Shown here piece by piece: positions 54,201 to 64,000 of a stretch of DNA of 64,000 nucleotides. The translations under genes and the position numbers were made by a program. Under the pieces are notes generated by a model that saw nothing but the letters and a program-made list of their open reading frames with translations, was not told the DNA's origin and ran no database searches. Source of the DNA: Antedon mediterranea (taxonomy: Eukaryota > Animalia > Echinodermata). Numbering within the stretch: the stretch's first letter is position 1; each line of letters begins with the position of its first letter. The stretch spans positions 14,804,795-14,868,794 of the forward strand of contig NC_092670.1 in the NCBI RefSeq assembly GCF_964355755.1, read 5' to 3'.

Positions 54201-55312
54201 TGAAGAATGGTATATATCATAAGGTAGTCCTATACTAATTTATAATAATAACCGCCATCCTGTTCAGGTTGATGGGGCAGGATCCTGTGCTGAGAACATA
54301 TTTTCCCCTAAGGTCTTATTAAATTATTTCTTTACGGTTGCACAACGATACTAATATTTTTGTGTTTTATTGGTAACATTTTATTAATATTTTACATTGT
54401 TATTATTTTATATTGTTATATTTTATAATAAAATTTTACATTATCATTTTATACATTAATTATTAATATTTATTCTATAGTCTATCATTGAATATGACGA
54501 GTCTGGTTGTTGTAGGACTTGTGGTAGGTTCATCATATTTATTATTTGGTCTAGCAATGTCACTACGCACTTTAAAACTATGCAATGTTAACTTTAAAAT
54601 GTACTACTGTATTATACCAGCAACTTTTGATGTTTTACCTACATCTTCAAACTGTAAAGAGATAAAAAAAAGGACAGAACATTAGTTTAAGTTCAGCATT
54701 TTACCAATTTTAGGTCTTGGGGCCTCATTTATAAAAATACCACCCAAGATCTAATTGAAGTCTGTCAGTGTTCTTTTGGCGAGATAGATGCTCTAGTCTT
54801 ATTGCCTCTAATATTAGGATGAGATATTTTCAGCTGCTGGTGGCATGTATCTTATTTTTACAAATGGGACTTGAAACACGTCCAAACAAAGTGATTATTG
54901 CAATCTTGTCATGATTACTCTCTGTGGATGTTAAGCCCTACGAGCACGTAAACACGATACATATGCGTATGTTACGCATGTGCGTAATTGTTATAATTTT
55001 TATCAATATTTTACAGTGCGTAATGAAACACAAGGAAACTGTAAACACATCACAAATATTGATTTCTTGCGAATTGGAAACTGTAAAAGTGAATCTTCTA
55101 CCATCGACCAAAGCTATTGCCAAGGGCAATGCAATTCATCGGCCAAGTATAGTAATGATCTGAAGAAGGTTGTGGATGACTGCAAATGTTGTCAATTCAA
55201 AGAAGAAGCAGAGATTCAGGTCAAGATGATTTGTGACGACGGAACTGAACGAGAAGAGAAACATGTCTATGCTCGAAGTTGCGGCTGTGATGATTGCGTC
55301 GAGAACAACTAA
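27257..55312 (+). CDS. Secreted gel-forming mucin / hemocytin (VWF family)-like protein, about 4159 aa, 42 coding exons
   Basis: Exons: 27257-27402, 27590-27699, 28326-28398, 29062-29177, 29917-30012, 30268-30456, 31733-31777, 32347-32904, 33222-33340, 33682-33838, 33958-34195, 34499-34723, 35109-35250, 35644-35772, 36160-36349, 36512-36676, 36991-37228, 37421-37620, 37878-37971, 38113-38159, 38532-38911, 39031-39424, 39727-39936, 40196-40723, 40823-42373, 42473-45757, 45907-46094, 46668-46921, 47190-47422, 47613-47801, 47911-48137, 48475-48676, 48814-49164, 49405-49590, 50041-50235, 50662-50763, 51321-51373, 52511-52630, 53377-53463, 53828-53956, 54481-54523, 55017-55312. All are GT-AG and phase-compatible; the total is 12480 nt. 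Motifs: signal peptide, HYxTFDG, GLCG x5, GDPH x2, CGCDFGGDCECLC, WTDW CysD, cystine knot. Confidence 0.9.
27927..28077. repeat. (CAT)n microsatellite, intronic
   Basis: About 50 imperfect CAT units. Confidence 0.97.
28695..28972 (+). mobile_element. Deu/Nin-type tRNA-derived SINE, near full length
   Basis: tggccgagcgggtaagg (A box), ggttcgatgcc (B box), and a core identical to the 2077 copy over gtcttctcggataaggactataaaccgtaggtccagtgtacaca. Confidence 0.78.
31428..31596. repeat. Minisatellite ATTACAAAGTGCGACAG-like, about 8 copies
   Basis: Seen directly. Confidence 0.85.
32347..39936 (+). other. Domain block: VWD-C8-TIL assemblies D1, D2, D', D3
   Basis: WSQDHYRTFDG..GLCG; GDPHYVTFDG..CGLCG; GESHYTSFDG..GLCGNFD..CGCDFGGDCECLC. 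Confidence 0.88.
34965..35089. mobile_element. PIF/Harbinger-type MITE
   Basis: 17-bp TIRs AGCTCTGTCTACACTAT / ATAGTGTAGACAGAGCT, flanked by TAA/TTA. Confidence 0.85.
40196..45630 (+). repeat. Coding PTS tandem repeats (27-bp unit, TSPTTTSTT) interrupted by two CysD domains
   Basis: Seen in ORFs 40210, 40894 and 42544; CysD CCWTDWLD...YNYEVKLCCPC starts at 40823 and 42473. Confidence 0.95.
48200..48430 (+). mobile_element. Decayed tRNA-SINE remnant (CORE/Meta-like gtgtccttaggcaagac motif)
   Basis: tggtgcagtg A-box-like start, degenerate B box, conserved core motif. Confidence 0.4.
51428..51587. mobile_element. Foldback MITE, P-element-like termini, 7-bp TSD
   Basis: CAAAGAAATCTAACAACAGGA...TCCTGTTGTTAGATTGCTTTG; flanks cttgaat / cttggat; homologous to 55320-55531. 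Confidence 0.75.
51650..52316 (+). mobile_element. Decayed 3' fragment of a non-LTR retrotransposon (Rex1/Babar, CR1/L2 group)
   Basis: Broken translation SKTNEMLIDF ... RLHSFKVDKKIIYPFYKSIVQSIMTF ... ASRIIG ... LKKIRNIMSD ... TERYNKSFIPTAVR, typical of the post-RT C-terminus; ends AATAAA plus (TTGTA)n. Confidence 0.75.
52725..53110. mobile_element. Nested inverted-repeat elements with an internal direct duplication of about 88 bp
   Basis: Outer IR acaagaatctcctgttc / gaacaggagattcttgt; inner imperfect IR about 52797-53035; gcgcccgcatcaaattagaaagtcaaaatcatagaggggatctgctaat occurs twice. Confidence 0.6.
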
Positions 55313-55319
55313 TTCTATA

Positions 55320-55531
55320 CAAGGCAATCTAAAAACAGAATGCTGAGCTCTGGAGATCAAATGGTTTATCTAGTGGCTGCGATACGAGAGGTTCCACGCC
55401 CCTTAATTGAGTAGAATATGTACATAGTACAGACTGTTGGTATTTGTCGCAGCCAGACATAAGATCAAAAGACTGTTACACGTTCCTATCTTGGCAAGGC
55501 GAGCTCAGTGTCCTGTTGTTAGATTGCCTTG
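55320..55531. mobile_element. Foldback MITE (P-element-like) in the 3' UTR, with 7-bp TSD TTCTATA
   Basis: CAAGGCAATCTAA...TTAGATTGCCTTG; TTCTATA at 55313-55319 and 55532-55538. Confidence 0.8.
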
Positions 55532-55727
55532 TTCTATACATGTTTAAATTATTATTAGGCCTATTATAAAACGATATAATTATATAATGTAACCTTACTG
55601 TTTTTTGGGGGTTTCTTCATAATTTGATGGTATTATTGTTTGATGGTTAGATAGATAAAACAATCTAGATACTCACGTTGATTTTGATTAATAATTCAAT
55701 ATCTAAGATTTAAAATATGCATGTTCA

Positions 55728-55733
55728 AATAAA
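55728..55733 (+). terminator. Candidate polyadenylation signal of mucin-like gene 1
   Basis: First AATAAA after the stop, followed by a GT/T-rich tract at about 55764-55778. Confidence 0.5.
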
Positions 55734-56690
55734 TGATAATAATAATTATTTACTGAATATAAATGTTTGTTTTATTTTAAACATTGGATAATGATTTTCT
55801 AGTTTTTGGAATTAAAAAAAAGAAATATATAAAGATATTTCCATAGGCGGAACTGGAATCAGACTCAATTAAAATATTATAACCCTTTTAACATTTTCGA
55901 AATATATATCCTGCGATGCTGCTGTTAGTCATGCTCTCATTGCTTACGCTCATTCATCAATTTTCTTTTATTCATCCAAAAGAAAATATAGAAAAAAGCA
56001 TAAAAACATCAATATAACAGAGTCAGAGTGAAACATGGACAAAAAGGAAGAGGAAGAGGCAACTACATGCCAAAATAAAGTAAAATAGTTCAGATACTTA
56101 ATAATTAAAAGTTCATGAGAATTACAGTGCTAATTTCATTTTAAAATTTAAAATAAAATTATAAGTTGATAATGATATATTTATGGTTTAAACGCTTCTA
56201 ACAATGTTACTATTTCGTTGCACTTTATTTGATAGCTCTTATGATCGGACTTGGTATTATTTTGTAGAACCCATTTAAGCGTTCTATCTATAATCGGTGC
56301 ATACACGTTAAAGCGAACTCGATACTTTGACAACTTTTATTTTCGGCTGGTAACTTGCAAATGGCGGCTACTAATAAACATACTGTCCTCCTGGACAATT
56401 TGCATACAACCAATTTTGATTTTTTTATTTACAACTTATTTAAAATAATTAATACATATTATTTAGAACTTTTTTCTTTTTGAAAGGGAGAAGTAGGTAC
56501 GGTTGAAAACCTTACCCACTTCCTTTTTTAATTGATTGATTGAGGGATTGGTTTATAAGGAAATTACACATCCTACCTATATTTAAAGAAATTCGCATGG
56601 TCTACCGCAACATTTTTTTAATAATGTACCTAATCATACAATTAATATACTTGTTGAGAGCTGGCTTATATGCGCTATATAAGAATGAAC

Positions 56691-56792
56691 TATTATTATT
56701 AATATTGTTATTATTTTTGTTGTTATTGTTATTATTATTATTATTGTCGTTGTCGTCGTCGTCGTCGTCGCCGCCGCCGTCGTCGTCGTCAT
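56691..56792. repeat. Compound (TTA/TTG)n(TCG/CCG)n microsatellite
   Basis: Seen directly. Confidence 0.9.
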
Positions 56793-58030
56793 AGTCACTA
56801 TCATGTTGTTCCGTGATCTCAATACAATTAGTACCAAACAAAAAGTTCATTTATAAATTAATCATAGAGAAATTACAATACATATCAACGACTGTATAAC
56901 CCCTATTTAAGGGACACCCTGGGACCCACATATTGTCCCCTCAATAGCGGTTTTTGTGAGAAAACAACAAATATTCCAAAATGAACAATACATTTTCTGG
57001 ACTTGATCAAGAAATTAAGAAGTGAAAATTTAGTACTTTTCACCAATGAAAACTGTCAAGCCAGAGTAAGTATCATAATAATATTATTATATCCATTTTT
57101 GTATTCAATAACGATATAAATACATATAATACATATTTTTTTATTGTCCCCTTAATAGCGGTTGAATCAAACATTTGACACACGTAAACGTGTTCCTGTC
57201 CCCATAATAGTAGGTATCCTCTTGTGGTGTTAAAACATTCCCTCTCGTTTCGCGGGAAGGTTCCCTGAATAGGGAAGGGTTCTTCTGTACTTTAAACATT
57301 AATCTCGCATGACGAAAGTTGACTAGAGCTAATCCATTGCTCCATATGTTCTGATCTTTCAACCTTTTTATGATGTATCAACTGATAATGATCTTATCTA
57401 TAATACCGTATGTATATACGGAAAACAACACATTATGTTACTTAGTTCTGCATTAGCGCCTTTTCTATTAAAGGGAAGTAGGTAGGGTTGAGATCATTAT
57501 CTACTTGTTTGATTGATTGATTGATTGATTGATCATGCATCAGCATAGTGTAAGGTGTACCGCCAAAAAATATAATCTGAATAGATAAATCTTGATTTTT
57601 CTTTCAGAATTATAGATGACACACTATATAGACTGTAAAACAGTAACTTGTTAACACGGTTGCATTTTGTAAACAGCGGTCATTTTGTAGTCTTTTTAAT
57701 ACAGAATATGAGGTCAAATGTGACATTCAAAGTCATACATGTATGTTAATGGTTATCTAACATTAAAAAGTTGAATTTAAGACGATTTAAAAAATAATAA
57801 TTTCACATATGGCGCGTTTGCCGTAAATATAGGCCTACCTCAAATTATTGCTAAATTTAAATTTATTTCCACAAATTAAAATAAAACAATACTGTGTGTA
57901 ATATAATAAACTACAGTAATATAACCCAAAAGCATATCTATAAACATAACAGGCCCTTTTTCTCTATGCATAATAATCCCAATCATTTCCAATTAAAATG
58001 GTCAAATAAGGAAGTGAAGTTGTGTAGGCC

Positions 58031-58037
58031 TATAAAA
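58031..58037 (+). promoter_or_regulatory. TATA box of paralog 2
   Basis: TATAAAA about 60 nt upstream of ATG 58093. Confidence 0.6.
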
Positions 58038-58092
58038 GAAGCCAATAGACCTGTATTGCTTTAGTCGACTTAGTTTTGGAGTCAGTAGACAT

Positions 58093-61000
58093 ATGTCTCC
58101 AAAAACATTCAGAATGCGACTAATGCGGGTTTTACTTCTCCTTTTTGTGGTATCGTGTATGAAAACGGTGTTTGCGCAAGTTACACCACCGCTGTTAGCG
58201 CAAGTTACACCACTGCTGTTAGCGCAAGTTACACCACCGCTGTTAGCGCAAACACCAACTCTGCAAACACAACCACAGTGTTCCGATTTAAGAGATCCCG
58301 AAAATGGAAAGATTGAGTGTAAAACCACTAAGTAAGTTATTATAAGTTACTTTATTATATTTTATTAATTTTTAAAATACGTAAGTGTTTGTTTTCTGTT
58401 TAAATTCGAACATGTGTAGAAAGATAATAATGGGGTATGAAAAAACTTTAATGTTTTAAGTCAAATTTAATTCCGTTAATTTTAGCCAGTGCTTTTCTAC
58501 TATTTTTGTCTTGTTCAACGTCAACAGGGATTCTTAGAAAATATCATATTTTAACAATTGTTTTCGGACAATGAAACATATTTTAAATAGTTTATATGGT
58601 TTTAATTTAATGGTTATTTACTATTATTATATAAGTGTTTTTCACTTTATTTTCATTCTAATATAGAAAGATAGAACAGAAGTACTAAGGTCTCAAATTC
58701 ATGACAAGTCCGATTTCTTTTGTACTGTGTCCGATTTCTTTCGTATTGTGTCCGATCTCTTTCGCACTGTGTCCCCCGTACTTTCCCTGTCCAAACTGTG
58801 TTACACCTTATTATATCTACATTAAATACTAAATATATAGAAATAAATATTTGATTTAATATTGGAACATTGTATTTGTACACTACAGACTCTTTCATGA
58901 AGGTGATAAAAATCACTCTTCAATCATTAGGTACTATGCAAGTAAAGATATAAATATTGTATTCGTAGATTGAAATACGTTCAATATTGTGATATAATTT
59001 GCAATAACGGATACGTCCTGCCTGCTGGAGTAAGTGATACTTTCCAGTGTATGCCAAATGGAACATGGTCGCCGCCGTCTGATGTACCTGACTGCGTTGG
59101 TAAGTGAGGTTAACCATTTATGCTACTATTATTTATTTCCATTTTGCTTATCCCCTGATCTCTTCATTTCTCCATTTTATTTTGTGTATCCTGAATCGAG
59201 TGTATGCCTACTGTTAACGCCAAGTTTTATTCAATTCAAAGTCAATGTTGGGTACGTACTACATGCAAAAATATAGCCGATATCCTTTAAAGGTTAGATA
59301 AACCTGATCGTTGTGTTTTTCTATATTATTATTATTGTTGTTGATGTTGCTGTTGTTTTTGTCACATTAACAGCTTTAGAGGGAAATTTGGAACCATTGG
59401 CTTGGTAGGCCTATCGTTTTGTATTACCATGTAACGTTACGAATAATGATATTTAATTTGATGATCTCATTGGCACAAAGCAGAGGGGGGCCGGTAAATC
59501 CCAAACATCGACTGTTTACATTAAGTCTATATAATCGCTGATTCTTCAAAGGAACAGCACTTGAGAAACGTCTATAAGTTACACCTAGTTTTCCTGGGTT
59601 TATCTCTAAAACAATGGTTCAGTTCTTATTTACTGTTTCATATAGTATGTTTATAAACATGTATATATACCATAATTTAGAGGTTTATTGTACTACGTGG
59701 AGTCACACACACTACCGAACATTTGATGGCAGAATCTATACCTTCCATGGTTCCTGCCACTACCTTCTCCTTGAAGATGTTTCAGACAGGATTTTCCAGA
59801 TCCACGTTAAGAATGCAAAGGATTGTACTTCTAAAATGGCATGTAGCAGGTCACTGTCAATATACATATCCGGTATTGAGGTGACTCTGCAAAGAAGTCA
59901 AGGCTCCCCAGAGGTTCTAAAAAACCAAAAAAATCTGAGCCTCCCAACAGCATTTGATGGCCTAGAGTTTGAGATGGTTTCTAGATACATCATCGTGCGT
60001 AGTGTGTACGGTTTTGAAATTCGATGGGATGGGCATGATGCATTCTATATTTCTGTTGAAGACACATTATTATCCAACACAAGAGGTCTTTGTGGAACTT
60101 ACACGTGGAATCCTGATGATGACTTTACGTTGCGAGATGGCAGTGTATCCCAATCTACTGTATCATTTGCATTAGAGTATACCATGAATGTGGGAGGTAA
60201 GTACCTTGTTTCAGAAATCACACCTGCTCCGGTCCGGCTACAGTTCAGGTCCAGTTCAGGTTCGCATCGGATTGTGCGTACCATTAATAGCAACTTTTCG
60301 TTTTCACGACTCCCCATGCTCACATTGAGTATAAAATATCCGCATTGAACGTCGTGAAAACGAAACGTTAAGATGCGATTTTATTTGCCGGAGCCGAACT
60401 GGAGCAGCACTGCCCCGTTAGCACTTTTATTTTACTTATTCCATGTCAATGTTAATTTTTTTATACCAGGGAAAAATCAATTTTACTCTTCCCTGTTTAT
60501 ACTATAAAATAACCGCAGTTCAGGTAGGAGAGATTCTTATACACACTTTAATTGATACGGGTGGTCTGTACATCATTTTCCTGACATATGACACACAATT
60601 TCTGTCTCCCCACACTCGGTGTCCTATTGCTAGCATGTCACAGTCATTTTCATTTCAATTGTTAAATAATCCATCAGCATTTATCCGCGTTGATTGTGGC
60701 CTAAAAATACTAACATTTCTTTTGATCAATCGTAGTTTATTTCCATTTACATCGAATATTCAATTAATCATTTGCAAGCAATGTATAGGCCTATATGTTC
60801 ATTCTTTATTGCAGATTGTGATCCAGTTATTCAAACTTCATATTGTAAATCGTCTTCAATTAACGTCAAGCGTTCAGACGTCAATCGTTCAGAAAGAGAG
60901 TGTGAGGCAATGAAGTTTGGTGAAGAGTTTCGTCACTGTCATAATGTACATTACATTATTATTTATGTTATCGTTTTAGACGCTTACTTTGTTTTTTTTA

Positions 61001-64000
61001 GTAGCTTTCACAATTGTAAAGATATATTGTCCTGCTGAAAAAAATATGTTTGTTGTTGTTAAATATGCCATTTTAAAGTTCCATAATAGTCATTCACATT
61101 GACCAAAATTGGATCGAAATTATTTTTTTGATTTTCGAATTATTTACCTGAACAAACTGTAATTTAAAGCAACAAATAGTCAAATTGGCTGCCAGCAAAT
61201 GCATTTTTGGTTCAATTTAAACATTTGTTTGTTTTTTTTTTATTTTATAAGTGAAAACATTATTTATTCCGTTTTTATTAATCTTCATTTTTCATGTTTT
61301 TGGGGACAATATATCTTTGTTATCGTCCTAAATTTCTGAATTGCTGGGAATTAATGTTTATATATCTACAGCACACAGAAAACGGTGACGTCATAAATAC
61401 TACAGGGTTGGGTAGGTTTGACCAGTATGTGTACCTTTTTATGGCCAGCGGGCGTTCCGGATATTGCGCAATATGGACAGCGGGCGTCCTATTATTGCGC
61501 AATATTGACTCTCTCCGTGCGTGTGAAAAATACCAAAGCGTACAATGCGACAGAGGGCGTTATATTAAAATTTTCACGTACTATTATTATTATTATTTAT
61601 CAGAAAAAAAAAATTTTGAAATGTGAACTTTCATTTAAAATGTTTTTTGATTGACATTATTAAGAATTATTGCTATTAATTAGGCCCTAAAATACAGTAG
61701 TATAATTTATTAAATCAGTATAACTTAGGCTAGCCTGCTCTGAACAGATAAATAGGCTTTGAGAGGCCTCAGTTCAGGCTTGCCCTACTTGCAAATTCTG
61801 TATATATCTATATATAAATTTACGTAAGGGCAAAATTCGGTAAATCTCGGTTTATTTCTAGAATTTCTACTCGATGGTATATAAAGTTGGTTCATACTTT
61901 CGGTACTGATTTTAACCATCTGATGTAACCCTGTTTACTAATTAAATTGAGTTAGGTAATTAGTTATTGACGATTAAAACGAATTTAGGTTCAACGATTT
62001 GCCCCAAATAGGGGTGTTTTCCGATCGTGGTATACACTGTCTAATGGATGTCCATCTTGAAAAATACCCGCCAAAAAAATACGAGGAGGCTTCGCATTTT
62101 CCTATCTCCTCCTACGATAATTGTTTTTAATAGCTGAAAACTGGTTGAACAGCTAGAGTACAGCATCATAATGTTGAAGACAGGCCGATTTTCTTAAAAA
62201 AATACTATTTTGATAGATTTAATATACGATTATACAAATGTATTGATTTGCGATGAATGGAACATTCAGATCTCTGTTTCACAAGTGTCTATTCCCTCAG
62301 GCGTCGTAAAGGCAAGTACAGCACTGTATACTCGAAATTCGATCCATTTTTGTTTTCAATCTGTGCTGCAGAGGTTGGATATAATTTTTTTTTAAACGGA
62401 TAATGAGCTAGCGTTTTCACTCGCCGTATATTATGTACAAATCTTTATTATTGCAGTTAAACCACCCACATCATCACCTTTCCCTCACTGGCATGAGTAG
62501 CGTTGTAAAACCAGTAGAGAATAGGCCTACGGTACATCACATGCCCTAAACGCAGAACAACTTTGGTGGGTAGGGTAGGAACCAACTTAAGTATGAATTG
62601 GCTCTAAGAAACAATTGAAAACCATTAGGCCTACTAATTAAGTTGAGTTAGATAATTTAATATTTATTGACGATTAAATCGAATTTATGATTTTCCCCGA
62701 ATAGAGGTGGTTTTCACAAATTGTTTTACATTATATTATAAACATATACACGTCGTAGTGGTGTATCGTTACATGTACTATACTATTTCAATCGACTAGG
62801 ACGGTGATAGTTTCAACAAAGTATTACATCGCAATGTTTTACTGTGTTTAGTGGTATATTATTTGTAAAACATGAAAGCAATTAATATTTCGTTACTAAA
62901 TGGATAAAGAATATATTTTAACATTGTTCCTCTTTGCACCCATCCTCTTCCCCATCCCTCAACCCTAATGTTACATACAAAACACAAATTAAGTTTGTTT
63001 AAATTTGACTTAAACAATTGGTCTAATTTTATAATAATAGGGTGCTAATTTTAGTTGAGTACATAAATCACAGTGTCTATTTATTCGTTCCTGTAAACGA
63101 CATGTATTATTGTCCTGCGGTACGTACATTTGAAATCGCCAGTTTTTTAACGCTGAAATTATTATGTATTCGAGAACCATCTGTGGGCACGACCTAGATG
63201 GTACGCGAGCGAAGCGAGCGTACCATCTAGTAAAATTAATTATGTATATAGCGCCATCTGTACAAATATTGCGCAATAGTTGGACGCCCGCTGGCCATAT
63301 TGCGCAATATCCGGGACGCCCGCTGGCCATAAAAAGGTACGCATACTGACCAAACCTACCCAACCCGTATCCATAAATACGTATTATATGAAATGAAATA
63401 TATAGCACGCCTTCTGTCGCTCTGCACTTTGCCAAACTTGGCTCAGTTCTTTAGCAAAATGTGAGCTGTGATTAATGTGCTTTCCTTCCAATACTAGGAA
63501 TCCTGAACCAGTGCCAGGGTTGTAACTCACGACACTTTCAACTCCAGTCAAGCCTTAAATGAGACTTAGTTTATAAACAAGATGAATTATAAAATATCTG
63601 TTGGATGCGTATGGAATTAAAAACCACTTGTATCTTGAATCTGAACTTCGTAACACACAAAATCATTTACTTAACAATTATATTGAAAAAGTTATTTAGA
63701 CACAATTTAAAATGTTTGCTTTATTTTTGTCAGGTTGTAAACGTTCAACCTTATTACGATGCTTGTAAGGAAGATGTATGTAACTGTCATAAATCAAGAT
63801 CCGACTGCGCATGCGACTCTTACGAGGCGTACGCAAGAGAATGCGCGCGCAAAAAATTTGAGTTCAAGTGGAGATCAGCAGATAGATGCCGTAAGTGAAA
63901 ATCATTGTTCAAGTAATTTAGGCTAATTTTGAAAGGGAACCGAAAATAATTAGTTTCTAATTATGTTTTAAACAGCTTTGGAATGTCCAAGCAATATGGT
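58093..64000 (+). CDS. Tandem paralog of the mucin/hemocytin-like gene (5' part: signal peptide, one CCP, D1 VWD-C8, start of TIL)
   Basis: Exons 58093-58331, 58969-59099, (59374-59404 uncertain), 59681-60196, 60815-60945, 63734-63890, 63976 to window end. Intron positions and phases match gene 1, and the VWD1 and C8 exons are highly similar. Confidence 0.88.
58708..58800. repeat. 21-bp tandem repeat (GTCCGATTTCTTTCGTACTGT-like), about 4 copies
   Basis: Seen directly. Confidence 0.8.
60225..60408. mobile_element. Degenerate inverted-repeat element
   Basis: ctgctccggtccggct...tcgcatc versus gatgcga...agccgaactggagcag. Confidence 0.5.
61401..63371. mobile_element. Non-autonomous DNA transposon, about 2 kb, TIRs about 100 bp, 9-bp TSD (Mutator/MULE-like)
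   Basis: gggttgggtaggtttg.ccagtatg.gtacctttttatggccagcgggcgt.ccggatattgcgcaatatgg is inverted at 63265-63367; CATAAATAC at 61392-61400 and 63372-63380; no transposase ORF. Confidence 0.8.

Larger units (their letters stand above)
45631..55312 (+). other. Domain block: divergent D4, GDPH-bearing D5, VWC-like repeats, C-terminal cystine knot
   Basis: GKLEGLCGQING; CVGYGDPHYFTYD; CQGQCNS...CKCCQ...SCGCDDC. Confidence 0.85.

Noticed and set aside
56540-56850. Poly-L/S, poly-N/D and poly-T ORFs
   Set aside because: Compound microsatellite.
61294-63435. Similar ORFs at 61294, 61320, 63010 and 63164 (GLGRF.QY.YLFMASGR)
   Set aside because: Translations of the two TIRs of one non-autonomous element; no transposase motifs.
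58093-64000. Possibility that gene 3 is an uncollapsed haplotype of gene 2
   Set aside because: Introns are unalignable and exons 1-2 are strongly diverged, so it is a true paralog.

Overview
Eukaryotic, AT-rich, intron-dense animal genomic DNA. It is probably a marine invertebrate, possibly a deuterostome; that is an inference from the SINE content and gene set only. By following GT-AG boundaries and reading phase I traced three + strand multi-exon genes. (1) A 5'-truncated class I myosin, orthologous to MYO1D/Myo31DF (3030-22096). It contains a hidden pair of 130-nt mutually exclusive exons covering the strut and loop 2 of the actin interface, and a candidate 15-nt microexon. (2) A complete 42-exon, about 4159-aa secreted gel-forming mucin/hemocytin-like gene (27257-55312): signal peptide, CCP-CCP-EGF-CCP, D1-D2-D'-D3, PTS/CysD/PTS/CysD/PTS, two further D assemblies, VWC, cystine knot. 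(3) The 5' part of a tandem paralog (58093 to window end) that lacks the CCP2-EGF-CCP3 exons. Introns hold tRNA-derived Deu/Nin-type SINEs, several MITE families, a Helentron-type element, a LINE 3' fragment, a MULE-like element and simple repeats. I see no rRNA, bona fide tRNA or CRISPR. All alignments and counts were done by eye.
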